Under the pieces are notes generated by a model. That model made no database searches and was not told the origin of the DNA. It saw only the letters and a list, made by a program, of their open reading frames with translations. A program made the translations under genes and the position numbers. Positions 49,820 to 62,939 of a DNA stretch of 64,000 nt are shown here, in pieces. How positions within the stretch are numbered: position 1 is the stretch's first letter; each line of letters opens with the position of its first letter. The stretch is from Vezdaea acicularis (taxonomy: Eukaryota), in NCBI GenBank assembly GCA_026025075.1, contig JAPEUI010000069.1:1-64000 (forward strand). The letters are read 5' to 3'.

Positions 49820-52800
49820 ATGGCGACAGGGATCAACTCAGCGCAGTCCTCATCGGACGAGGTGGAAGACGATTCAAGGAATACACAGTCCGAATGGCTG
49901 CATACGCATGATGGAGATGAGAGTCTAATCTACCAATCTATCGAGGGAACTTCGAGGTCTGGCGATGAGCCGAGAGGTCAATCGCCAGTCCAAAAGAGGA
50001 GGCGAGTGACCCGTGCTTGCGACGAATGCCGGCGAAAGAAGATCAAGTGCGACGGCAAGCAACCATGTACACATTGCACAGTATACAGTTACGGTAGGCG
50101 AATATAGAGCCTGGTTTCTTGCGCAGGCAAATAGACTTTAGGAGCCCCTACAGAAACTAAACTCGTTGTTAGACTGTACATATGATCAACCCTCGAACCG
50201 CCGGAGAAACCCCGCTCCTCAGTATACCGAAGCTCTGGAAGCACGCCTACAACGAGCTGAAGTATTATTAAAGAAGTTGGTGCCAAATTTCGATCTTGAG
50301 ATACTCAATGGCAAAGCAGCTTCGGTGACAGATTTGCAGCGGCCTACTCAAGCGCGAATAGAGCAAATTCCGGAGAGGAGCATACCAGAAAATCCGAATC
50401 CGCCTCCGCCTCAGGGATCTACAGGTCAGCAAGGGCCTGGTGATGCGGAATTAGAGTCAATGGTCCAGGCTACGGGTCAGCTAGACCTTGACGATCAAGG
50501 CTTCTGGGACTTCTACGGCCCTTCCTCCGGTTTGGCTTTCTTACGTAGGATGAGGGATCAATTTGGGGATATCATTGGCTTGCCAGATATGACGACTCCA
50601 AATTACTTGAAGCGGAGCCGTCCTCTCTCTGTTTCTTATGACTCTCCAAGGTCTGTGGACTCACCGCTTGATCCTCATTCGATACACTTCGCCGAGCTCC
50701 CACCAAGAGAGACGGCGATGAAATTTGTCTCGAACGCTCTAGACTGTGCTGGAGCATTGATCCGATTTGTCCATCAGCCAACTTTCTATGAGAGATTCAA
50801 TAACCTGTACGATAAAACTCTGGACACTTATGGAGACGAAGAACATAAATTTCTCCCGCTTCTCTATATTGTACTGGCGCTGGGTTGTCTCTTCAATGAT
50901 TCTAAGGATACGGAACTTGTTAATAAGTGGGGACTCGAATCTGCTACAGATGAAGGGTAAGCTACTACTCTATCAAGTGAAGATTTCGTGCTGATTGCTT
51001 GTAGATTTAAGTACTATCAGGCTTGTCGTTCTTTGATTGATGTTGCGGATTGTCGTGACATTACCTCGCTCCAGACTATCCTTTTTATGATCATGTTTCT
51101 CCAAGCTTCGGCAAGATTATCAACTTGCTACTCGTACATTGGAATTGCGTGTCACTCTGCACTTCGTATGGGGCTGCATCGTCGCATTCAAGGCAATTTC
51201 AACTCAATCGAGCTAGAGACGCGAAAACGCATATTCTGGGTGGTTCGAAAGATGGATATTTATGTGAGTGCTATGCTGGGCCTACCAATAACATTGAGCG
51301 ACAACGATATCGATCAGCTATTCCCCACAGAGGTAGACGACGAGTATATCACAAAAGATGGGATATTACCAATGCCCAATGGAAGGGTATCACTTTATGC
51401 AGCCTCCAACGCTCATATGAGGCTAGTGAACATCTTGTCGAAAGTAATCAAACATGTGTATCCAACGAAGGGGCCTACAGGGAAGTCTAGCGGTTCGTAC
51501 GTCGTTAGTCATGCGAAGATCAGAGAAATAGAAAGAGATTTGCAACAGTGGATGGAACAGCTTCCAATGGAATTAAGGCCTAGTGCAAGCCCACCTGCTG
51601 TCATAGAACGGTATGCATCCCATTATACGTAAAGTCAGAAATCTACTTACAAACCTACTCAGAGTTCAGCAACTGCTTCGAATGGCCTATGCTCATGTCC
51701 AAATGATTCTCTACCGCCCGTTTCTGCACTACGCTTCGCAGTCTTGCGCAAGTAAAGGTGTAGATAGACGCTCCTACGCATGTGCGGCGGCATGCGTGAG
51801 TGTTTCACGCAACATAGTGCATATCACTGCGGAGATGAAACGTCGAGGACTCCTGGTGGGCGCTTATTGGTTCACGACTTATACGACCTTCTTTGCGATA
51901 TTGGCGCTTGTTTTCTACGTCCTAGAGAATCCAGATAACCCAGGGTCTCAAGACATCCTGAAGGATGCTAATGACGGTAAAGATACTCTTGCAAGCTTGG
52001 CAAAGAGAAGCGTCGCTGCAAAGAGATGCATGCAATCCCTAGGAGTGAGCTGATCACGCCTAATTATGTAACCCCGAATGCTGACATCCGATATAGACCA
52101 TCTTTGATCGTCTCCCAGAGAGACTCATGAGTGCTCGATCAAAAACTCTGAAACCCAAAAAGAAGCGCCAGGCACAGTCGCCTGCGCCAGACCTTGTAAA
52201 GGGTCAATTAAGCGGTCCTGAGCTCATAAAGCTGAATGAACCTGTCAATCAAGCTCAACGTGCAGGTGCCTTTCCAATGCGTCTTCAGACAGTGCAGACA
52301 AGGCACCCATCGATGCCCTTTGACTCACCGAACGGCCATTCGGGCATCGTTGGAGAACCCGGATTTCGAAGAAGTCTGCATGAGCTTGATCTAACAACAG
52401 ATGCCTCTAGTATTGGAACACCTGAATCTACGGGCTCCATGCCGTTGTCACAACAGTTCGTCTTCCAGCAACCGTTTGGCGAAAATGGCCTCCCGGACAT
52501 GAACAATATGATGTTTCCTACAGGTGATCCATTCGCATATCCAGAGCAGCCAATGACGACATTTGAGAACGAGCAGTGCTCGAGAGGGTCTATGGACGGA
52601 TTTGTGGATCCAGATCAGAAATCTGGGTTATTTATCCCCAACGATATTGGTGGCGCCCCCTATGATAGTCTTGAGGCTCAGCTCTTTGGTCCTCTACCAC
52701 CTTACCTAATGTCAGGACAGCACCCAAGTCTAGGTATTTCGGAGCAAATGGAGACTATCGGCTCGACGAATTTGACTATGAAGCCAAATCCACAACTATC

Positions 52801-52909
52801 ATACGGTCAGCCACCTAGAGGTGTAAGCACTACAGGAATGAATCTCAATGATATATTTGGGAGCGACGATTGGAACAACATGCTGCTGGATCAGCTTCCC
52901 CGATCGTAG
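49820..52909 (+). CDS. Zn2Cys6 transcription factor with fungal MHR domain (Asg1-like)
   Basis: [48 protein letters not shown]...MLGLP; four introns. Confidence 0.9.
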
Positions 52910-53787
52910 TCAAAAATATGAAATATCGATTCGATTTTGCTTCGCGCCGAGGAAAGCCTTATATGAATAAAGGAGACCGTGCACGGTCGTAGTTCTTGGT
53001 CGAAGTGTCGCTGGGCACACAATTAGTATTGGGACAGTTATCGCATGACTTATAATTGTGGATTGGCTCCTTCATCTGGCGCGCGGGATGCATAGACTGG
53101 AAAGAGGCACGGGATAGTACTATTTTATATTCGGTACTTAGCGTGCTGATAATATTTATATCGTTGGACATGATACGAAAACCACATATTGGTTGTGTCC
53201 CATGTGGAGATCGCGCGTATAGAACACGCCTTTTGTATGAGGCGTTATAAATGCCCTTTTTTATGCTTTTTAGGTCTTAGAACTAGTTGGGCTGTTGGCT
53301 TAAGTCCAATAATTAGATGAGAGCTTGAATCTAGATAGATCTAGTCGCACAGCATTAGGGCCGTCTTCGGAAGACTCTGCTGGCTATACAACAGACCTCA
53401 AGAACATCAAAGCCTGAAGATTACCGTTTTCAGCAGGCGCTACAAGTGAGGCTTGTTCCGTCTCTCAAAATCTATTGCATATGGCATATTGAATGCTTGA
53501 AGCCGAATTTGCCATTTCGGGCTCCGTTGTTCCAGAAACGAGAATTTGTCGGGCCTGTCGGAACGTGCAGGGGAATGCTCGCCAAGACCGCGAGCAAAAT
53601 TTTGGGTGGCTTATGCCTCGCCTTTCGATCCTTTCCGGCTCGCTACTGACTTTCTTCCATCACCAATCTCCTCTCCATCTTCACCATCGACAATTCGACC
53701 TTTGTCGATAGTCTGCATCTAATCTCCCCTATCAATTCTCTTCTCGATTATTCTTTTCCAAGCCCAGAGCTTCAAGTGACCGTCGAG

Positions 53788-55198
53788 ATGTCGAAAGATG
53801 TCGTCACGCAGCAGGATAAGTCCTTCATGGGCATGCCGGTAAGTCTACAGTTTCCGGCGTCGCACGTTATCAAGAGCTCTGCTGGTGGCCAAGCATTGAT
53901 ACCAGGTCAATTGGATCTTTATATACTAGCTCAGTGTCTTTGCATATCGTGTAGAATGGGCTAGTATGGATCGCCATGAAGCTCACTTTGCCTTGGTGCA
54001 GCTATCAACAATTTCTTTGGCCAACTTTAAGCGCGGTTCACTAACGATTTTGCGTCGCTATAGGGCTTCGTGGTAGATTTTTTGAGTACGTCTACCAAGG
54101 ACAATTTTGATCAACTGAGGAATGACCGTAACTGGGGATGACTTGTGGCACATTTTGAGCTGCTGATCTGATTCGTTGCGGGAACTGACTTCGTATCAAC
54201 AGTGGGTGGTGTCTCAGCCGCCGTATCAAAAACCGCAGCGGCCCCGATCGAACGTGTTAAGCTCTTGATCCAAAACCAAGATGAGATGCTGAAGTCCGGA
54301 CGTCTGGATCGCAAGTACAATGGTATCGCAGACTGCTTCCGTCGTACCGTCGCCGATGAAGGGTTCGTTTCACTATGGCGTGGTAACACGGCAAACGTTA
54401 TCCGTTACTTTCCAACTCAGGCATTGAACTTCGCTTTCCGTGATACCTATAAGTCGATGTTCGCTTTCAAAAAGGAAAGAGATGGCTACGCCAAGTGGAT
54501 GGCAGGCAATCTAGCCTCTGGTGGTGTAAGTCTATAAAGACCCCCTTTTTTCTTTTACTTACGAAGTGAAAAGGCTGCTGGTGCAACCTCCCTCCTCTTC
54601 GTCTATTCTCTCGATTATGCTCGAACACGTCTTGCAAACGATGCCAAGAACGCCAAGAAGGGTGGTGATCGTCAATTCAACGGTCTCGTCGATGTTTACA
54701 AGAAGACTCTTGCGTCTGATGGCATTGCTGGTCTTTATCGTGGATTCGGACCTTCAGTCCTTGGTATCGTCGTCTATCGTGGTCTGTACTTCGGCATGTA
54801 TGACTCGATCAAGCCGGTGGTTCTCGTTGGGCCTCTGGAGGGCAACTTCCTCGCTTCATTCCTCTTAGGTTGGACTGTTACCACTGGCGCCGGTATTGCC
54901 TCATACCCGTTGGACACTATCCGTAGACGTATGATGATGACTTCTGGCGAGGTAAGATTCCAAACAGTACATCATCAGCCACTTAGCGTAGAACTAACCT
55001 TGACCTTCACAGGCTGTTAAGTACAAGTCTTCCATGGATGCTGCTCGACAGATCGTCGCCAAGGAGGGTGTCAAGTCGCTCTTCAAGGGCGCTGGTGCGA
55101 ACATCCTTCGTGGTGTTGCTGGTGCCGGTGTGCTCTCAATCTACGACCAGGCCCAGCTTCTCATGTTCGGAAAGAAGTTCAAGGGTGGTTCAGGTTAA
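53788..55198 (+). CDS. AAC: mitochondrial ADP/ATP carrier
   Basis: [37 protein letters not shown], signature RRRMMM; four introns including a ~22-nt microexon at ~54064-54085. Confidence 0.98.
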
Positions 55199-55821
55199 GC
55201 ACCTCCCTCCCAACAGCCAAAGTCTATCTATCAGAGATCTCAAATGACTGGATAGTGTCAATATTGTGGTGATGGTCGAGGGAAGCGGCGAGAGGGGGAG
55301 CGATGGAGTCACAATTGGAGCTTCGATGGGGAGATTATTGCGGTGATGGTGCTTGCAAAGCATGCGGTTTCCCTTGGACTGCTCTGTAATACTACTACTA
55401 TCATTGCTCGCAATTTTCTCTGCATGAAGAGACGGTTTCCAAGACCCCTAACCTAGGAGGAACAGTCCGAGCATCTCCGCTTCTTCGTTCTTTGGACATC
55501 TGATCTCTTCAGCAGATGTCCCTGTATTTGTGAAATAGACATGTATAAGACTGCCCTTTGATTTCAGATTGATTACACTTTCTACTTGAGCCGCGCTCTA
55601 AGATGGAGAGGTGATCGGATTTATTTGAATCCTAATTTTAAGACCATTCCTACGCCGTTTCTATGCATACGCTAATAACGCTTCGGAGCCCTAAAATGCA
55701 AGTAAAACGTCGCCAATCCACTGTGGGTGCAGAAGTGGAACGTAGTATTCCAGTAACATCCATTTAAGCATCCATCCCTTGCCATCCACTAAGATTGTTT
55801 TCGCCCATCAGTCCTCCCCGC

Positions 55822-56235
55822 TCAGTTATTCTTCTCCAAGAACTCTTTTGCTTCATTAACCTTCGTGGCCAGATACGGACTTCCACCTCTGTCAGGGTGG
55901 TTTAACAGCATCAGTTGCCTGTGATTCTTCCGTAGCCTCTCCTTTGTGATGCCGCGCTCGGGCAGTTGAAGGATTAGAGCCGCTTCTCGTCGATTCATCC
56001 GTGACTCAAATCCGCCTTTATAGAACGCTTTTCCAAGAGCACCAACTTTGCCCCTTGAGCGACGGAAGGCGAGGAGTCCAGCGCGACCCTAGTAAGGCTA
56101 TTAGTAAGACGTTAAAGAAATAAGGAAGATCTAGGTGGGAAGCTAGGATGGAAGTGAGATCTTGAGAATTAAGAGAGAACTCACGAGGAAGGCGGCGGTT
56201 GCGACGCCTACGCCTATTGCTAATGCCGTTGCCAT
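55822..56235 (-). CDS. PAM18: mitochondrial import motor J-protein Pam18/Tim14
   Basis: Absent from the ORF track; spliced model MATALAIGVGVATAAFL/GRAGL...FYKGGFESRMNRREAALIL...HRQLMLLNHPDRGGSPYLATKVNEAKEFL. Confidence 0.94.
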
Positions 56236-56693
56236 AACGAATATATCGTGTTGATTTACTCGCGACTTAGAACAGGAGTGTAGAGCGGGAAGTGGAAGAC
56301 ACAGCGTTGGAAGAGGCTCTTAGTTCGCCGTAATTAGTCGCTAATACTGAAATATGCGCATAAGGTGCTATAATATGGCACTGGGACCTCGGCAATGCAT
56401 AGAGTAGGTGGCCGAAAGTTTGCACCCCTTCCCCTCGAAAATAATTACTGCATGCGCCAACGTGATGGCAGCAACGCGGCAAATGAATACGCAACCAGCT
56501 CACTATATAGAGTTCAACCTGTAGGCGTCTCTTTCGAGAATGCGTTGTGGCAGCGTAATTGTCGGTGTTAGCCGGTCGTGGGGGCTTCACAAACTTTCCG
56601 CCACTCACTGGCCGGCTGGTAACTCGGCAAATTCGAGAAATTTGACATCCCACTCTGACAGGTGGGCACTGACAATTCCAACAAGTCGCGACC

Positions 56694-57499
56694 ATGAGGT
56701 AAACTTCTCCGAATAGACTCTGGCTGTATATTAGAGGCTAATTTATTATGATAGGATCGAGACTTGCTACTTCTGCTCACAGCCTTGCTACCCCTCTAAA
56801 GGTTAAACTTGAAATCTTTCCTTCCATTCATTATTTATACTGCAGCGTTCGGAATATGTCCCACGTACATCAAAACCTCTAGAGCAGGAGCTGATTAATC
56901 TTATTTACAAATAGGCATTACCTTTGTGCGCAACGATGCTCGAGTTTTTAAGTTCTGCAGGTCAAAATGCCATAAAAATGTAAATGCTCAGTTCCTTTCT
57001 CGGTGTACTTTTACCCCCCCCTGACATAGCTATGTTATAGTTTAAGATGAAGCGTAATCCACGTAAACTTGCCTGGACCAAAACACATCGGCGGTTGCAC
57101 AATAAAGAACTAACCGTCGACTCGACCCTTCTCTTTCAAGCCCGCCGCAATATTCCGGTACGCTATAACCGGAATCTGGTTGCAAATACTCTTACGGCAA
57201 TGCAACGAGTATCCGAGATCAGAACAAGGAGGGAGCGTGTTTTCTACAAGAAGAGAATGGAAGGGAATAGGCAAAGGAGCCTGCTCGAGGATATGAAGCT
57301 GGTCGCCGAGAATGAGCATTTGTTGCCAGCTGAGCTTAGAGAAAAGGCTGTGGTGAATGGCGATAAGATGGCCGTCGAAAATAGGGAAAGAATTCGGATA
57401 CCTACAAGTGAAGTTATAGGTAAGGAGAGGCAGCGAACAAAGAGGAGGATCAAGGTGGACGGGACCATTGGGGAAGAGGGTGGCATGGAAATTGATTGA
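56694..57499 (+). CDS. RLP24: ribosome biogenesis protein Rlp24
   Basis: [25 protein letters not shown]...[23 protein letters not shown]; three introns. Confidence 0.94.
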
Positions 57500-58585
57500 A
57501 GGGCAGGATCAACCTGCATATGGCGGTATTCAGCATAGTTACCAGCAGCTTTCGATTGTACAGCCCACCAAACTTGTCTATCTGCCATGCGAACTGTAGC
57601 TTTTGTGATTATTCCTGAGATATGAAGGTCTCCCTTTGTAATACACGTGCTGAAGAATGACACTGAAATATTGCTTCAGAGAGATTTAGTCGGGTCGTGC
57701 GCAACTTAATTCCGAGAGAACAGCTAAGTTTGCATAGACATTCAAGCTTGACTGAAGTATGGCTAAAAGTATAGGATAGAAAGGAATATGGGTTTCGGGA
57801 ACTTGAGAGTGGACAGGACCTACAGTCCCGTCTAAAGTCACAAAGATGTCTCCTCTCATCACTTGAGGATTTAATGCGTGTCTGATGTCAATATGGGATG
57901 GTAGCAATCTGCTTGGCGCTCCTAGATATATGCGGGCCTCTAAATTCCTGTCGCAAGCACCCTGGAAACTTATAGACGCGTCTCTGCCATCCTTAACCAA
58001 GTATCCGTCCAGTGGTTTTCGCCTACTCAAAGCCGAGTTGTGCTTTTCAAACCTAGCGGTGCTCTCTCAATGACCTGAGCGGTATAATGGCCACGAGGGG
58101 ATGCCTTACCCAATCAACTTACCTAGTGTTGAGACCCAATATATCCTCTCGCACTTCACAAACGGCTTGCTTTTCAAAGACTGTGACTTTGATTAGCGGA
58201 GAGAGTGAGTATCAGTACAGGAGTTCAACTTTATCGCTGTTGATGCCAACATAGGCTATTAAGGGGTTTTTTGCTTCGGTGTCTTCTCTGTTCAGTTGTC
58301 TTAAACATTATGAAAGGCGCAGTCGCACCTTGCAATAAATGCATGCAATCTCGAACCTCGACGCGATATAGTTAAGCCAGTTATAATACCCCATGTGTAT
58401 GTAGGGGAAACTGACACCTTATTGGACTGCGCCTGACGCTTGTATCCAGTATATGACCAAGCTTGTGTGGTCCGATGGTCTACCGGACACTCAGAATGTC
58501 GGCCACATGAGGGTTGCTGCACTAGGATTAGTGTCATTTTCTAGCACACACTGCCACATAGATCTTCTGTAGATTCAAATTTCTC

Positions 58586-61060
58586 TCAATCAATCATCTT
58601 CCTACTCCAAACGTTGGTCATTGACTTCGCATCTGACGGCTCGTCGCCCAAGTCTTGATATAGCAATTGCGTCGGGAATCTGACATCCCCATCAACCACT
58701 ACTTCGTGATTATATGCCCTGAGAGTTTCAGCAAAGGTACTCTCAGAGGCGGGTAAAGGATCGACCATAACACCATTCGCATGGTCTTGTTGGCCCAAAA
58801 TTTTACTCAGGACAAAATTCTCGTTGACCTTGAGACTAGACGGCTTGACTGTCAAGCTCGGATGAGGGTTAAAGTCAGACACCCGGGTGGAGCAGACAGA
58901 TCTACTAAAATTGGGTTGACCACCTACTTGGTCCGAGAGTAAATGATTGGGTGTTTCACTTTCATCGAGGTATACAGGATCTGGATTGACTGGTAGAGTG
59001 TCGAACTCTCTCTCTTCATCGGCGTAATTTATCCTCCAAATTTTCTTTGACTTCATGCAAGGAGGGTCGTGCTTGCACGTGTTCTTGTAGGGAAAGCAGC
59101 CATTACGGCCAACGTTGATTGAGCCTGGCTCTACCGTCATATGGTGCCAATTGAAGCAGGTCCAGTTGCCGCACAGGTGACTTAGATGCCACCTGTGATC
59201 TATAAACCCCTGTTTTTGATCTTTCGTCATCAAGTCATTGATTAAGAGCATAATGATGCCCAAATTGACGATCAAAGAATGATTTCCATTCTCATCACTC
59301 CAGGAGAACGCTTGTCCAATTTAGCCAAATGCCCTTCCATTCTTACGTTTCTTTGGCGGTGCCGGGTGAAGCCAGCATTCATCATCTGTTCTCGAGGGAT
59401 CCAATAGGCCGTAGTGTTTCTCGACAGCTATCCTCATTGCTCTCAGAAGCTTCTCAGTGGGTGCAAATATGAATAGCCGCTTCCTTGCATGACAGGGCAG
59501 TGTGAAACGCGTTTTCTTTATACACGCAGTCTCTACAGATACAGTGATAGTTCATAAGTGTTGTAAATTTTGCGAGATCGCTAGTGTTTGGTATAACCAC
59601 CCCAAGGATCAAGGAATACCTGAATTTGACGGTGTGTCAATTTAATTACGTCGTCAAACGCCTTGCTGCTCTGTATGCACCTTCTATCTGAAGCTGATTG
59701 ACCGCAATACACTTCTTTGTGGTAGTTTTGTTGGCTTGCGGTGCTCGTGATCTGGGAGAGGCGAATGTACAACACTTATGACCTGTGACTATAGTTGTGA
59801 AATGCCAAAACTTGTTTTACTGGCACACGCAATCCGTTGTTGACATGAGCCACCTTCTGACTTTGCGACTTCTGGAAGTACGTTCCTTTTGACTAAGCCC
59901 GAGGGACTTCCTACAAGACTCTTAAGGCTCAGGCCCCAAGACGGAGAAGGAGAATGGTGATCAGCTTTGAATTGCACTGACAATGAAGCCTGCTCATCCT
60001 TAGTCCTAGTAAGTAAGTTGTCTCCTGAGAAGATTGATAAAGCTGATAAAGAAGAGTGACGAATTAGAGCTCGCTCCAATTGAGATGGATTTGAATGGGT
60101 GACCGGGCTCCATGGCGACAACAAGCGATGGCTATTAGGTCGAAAGCGCTTGACTGTTAGGCCTGAATGTATGGATGATTCTTCATCGAGGTGGCGTCGC
60201 TTGCTTCCGAGCAAGCCTCCACCTCCATCTGCTCCAGTTTCCAGCTTCGCATTGTTGTTCTCACAAATGGAAAAAGCAAAGGAACGATCTGCCGGATGCT
60301 CTCGATTGGGCTGCTCTTGGAATTGTTCACATCCCGCATGTCCACATTCTTTCCGCGCTGCTCCTAGTATGGGAGAATTAATGTATTTGAAACTTGTCTC
60401 TTGCTTGGATGACACAATCCGTGCTGAAGCACTTCTCCTTTCTTCTGCATTAGCAAGTCTTGAATGATCGAATCCCAGTGCTAATTGTAGGCCGTGACTA
60501 CCGTGGAATAGTGTCACGAAAGCAACACCTTCATAGTTAACCGCTAATTCAAGAAAAGCTTGTCCGGCGGTATCCCGCTCTACCGCTTGATCTAATCCGT
60601 CGTCACCATCTTCTATAATGGTGAAGGTATGGAACGTGCCTGGAACTACTTCGATTCTAGAAGAGGAATTGTTCGCGTTGAATTGTCTTATGGCTTTATA
60701 GTTCCCAAAAACTTCGCTAGAATATGGTATCCTTGGATCGTCATACCTGTTGGTGGCTGGACCAGTCAAATCTCGTGGAGTTAGAAAAGCCTGTTCGATT
60801 GTGTCTCTAAATCTCGAAGAGGGGCCCTGGAAGGAGCATCCAAAACCATAGCAAATGCTCGGTACGTGCTGGCAAGTGCTCATACCTATTGAGAGCATTG
60901 GACCCTCGAGCACAAGCGGTGGCCTTGAGAGGTGGATGAAAATTCTTACACCAAAATCTGTTGTTCCAATACTACCCTTTGAGCCAATTTAGAATATTGC
61001 AGTTCTAGCAAAGCGGCAATCACTTACAGTAATCTGAATAGAAGATTATGCCTAGGCCAT
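58586..61060 (-). pseudogene. degenerate gene carrying a His-Cys box / His-Me finger endonuclease domain
   Basis: ECWLHP...SHLCGNWTCFNWHHMTVEPGSINVGRNGC...CKHDPPC, with an in-frame TAA at 59321 inside the domain. The upstream 374-aa ORF is in the same frame. A putative first exon 61060-61028 with a GTAAGT donor contains two stops. May extend to 57686. Confidence 0.65.
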
Positions 61061-62939
61061 ATCACTCAGGCGTTATCTGCCTTAGTTAAAGCGGCTAGGT
61101 AGATGCATATGTCCAAGAGCCATAGACGTGATTCACATAGATGAGGTAGGAGGGCGTGAAGGCAGCTTTCCTTGCCGAATTGGCGCCAACTCTCGTCTCC
61201 TGACTTTGTACAGGATCCTATTGCGGTAGCTATAGGATGTTTTGCTACCGAATCTATTTGAGTCAATTCATGACAAAAGCTTCAGCTGTAGAAATGTTAA
61301 GATAAGCTGAGCGGTGGGGCAATCCTTAGATAATCTGTTTAGCTCGTCGATTTATCTAGGTTCAGCTAATAAGCATAAGCAGCGGTATTGATAGCTTGGA
61401 CTAGAGCTCTAGACCACTATCAATCTTCCAGCCTAGCATGAGCCAAGCAGTCCACACTCTGGTTTTGTGGGGTGCTTTCAGTCCCAATTAATTCCAGCCC
61501 GAGCTATCGTTTAGACTTCTTGACTAATAATATTCTTGGTAGTTCTGGAGATAGATGAGAGCAGCAAATGATACGATGACTGCAGCAAACCACGCAGATG
61601 TATTCTGGAAAGCTTGTATCAATCGAAAAAAGACAGTACAGTGTATTGACAGAATTGCGGCTGAACCCTGGACGATGCCGTACAATTTGGGACAAAGTGT
61701 AAAAAAACTGAGCGGTTGGAAAATAAGTGAGATTGAAAGTTTGTCATACCTTTATTTATAGAATATTTGAAGATCTATATGGAGCAGGGTAGCTTGTATA
61801 GTGCTCAATTCACTCCAGGACGTGAGGTGGGCGTGAAGCCGTGAGACCCTGCAAGTGAAGGCTGAAACTTGCTCTTGGTTACTAGTTAGGGAGGAATTGT
61901 GTAGATTAGTAAGAAATTATATGAATACTCCGTCCATATGATGGGATAGAATGACTATGGATAGCTTGAAAGGTTGAAAGTCAATGGGTGACAATGGTAA
62001 TAGTGGTCGACCTCCCGATTTGATAGTTCGAAACGGTGGTTTTAAGACCCTTGACGACGAGATTTATTTGCACGATGAGAACCACCAAGAAAGGGGAGCG
62101 CTCAAGTGGATATTCTGACTCAAGGATACAAGCACGTGGACTTGCTTGTCATCGAAGTTAGGGTACAGCCGGCCATTTAGTGGAAGCAGTACAAGGTGCA
62201 TTTCTTGACAAGATAGAGGCACCGAGTCGATGGCGTTAATTTGATGCACTGGCAATACGCTTTAAAGCCTGTGTACAATCAATTAAGACCGAAACGACAA
62301 ATAGGAAACAGGAAAGTCCTGACAGATAATAGCGTTTTCCCCAGCCGTAGTAAGCTGAAGGAGCGTTCAGGAGAAGAGAGAAAGACATGCCAAGATGTTG
62401 GCATATGTTGTTGAGACTCATAGGATTTAATGAATGGCCAGGAGGTCTGAGAAAAGAATAGTTTCTTTCCCTCGAAGAAAATCTTTCCGCCATGTCAGTT
62501 GAGCAGTCCATAAGTGCCGCCTCACAAAACTATATTCAAGGTTACCTCTCAGAACAGGTCCTAATGTAGATAGATTGAGAAGGTCTTCAGATCAGTCCGA
62601 ATCCGGTAGTCATGGATTTAATGGGGTGGAATCTTGCCAAAATCAAACATAACTGAGGAGCGATTGGTGCTTAACTCGGCAGTGATAACCTAAGGTTAAG
62701 GTCGCGACTCCCGTGACCTGTCACACAGGTAAAATACTTGTGTATGACTCTTAGCTTGATGGGAGTAAAAATCCGAAATCAAAACGAAAGAGTAAGCTGA
62801 TGTTTTTGGCGTGCTGCTTGGGGTCTGTGTGTTAGATTGCTGTGCGCTAATTGTGCCCCTCCGCAACATTCGACCTTGAGGCACACTACAAAGAAGTGTC
62901 TCTACAAGAAGTTTCTAACAATCCAATTTCACTTTCAAT

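Noticed and set aside
59581..59775. VYCGQS..RR as a GIY-YIG-like motif
   Set aside because: Too short and lacks the first GIY element; likely chance.
57500..62900. LTRs, TIRs, transposase/RT domains or a duplicated host-gene fragment around the island
   Set aside because: None visible by eye, so no mobile_element feature was called; a dot-plot is needed to exclude degenerate repeats.
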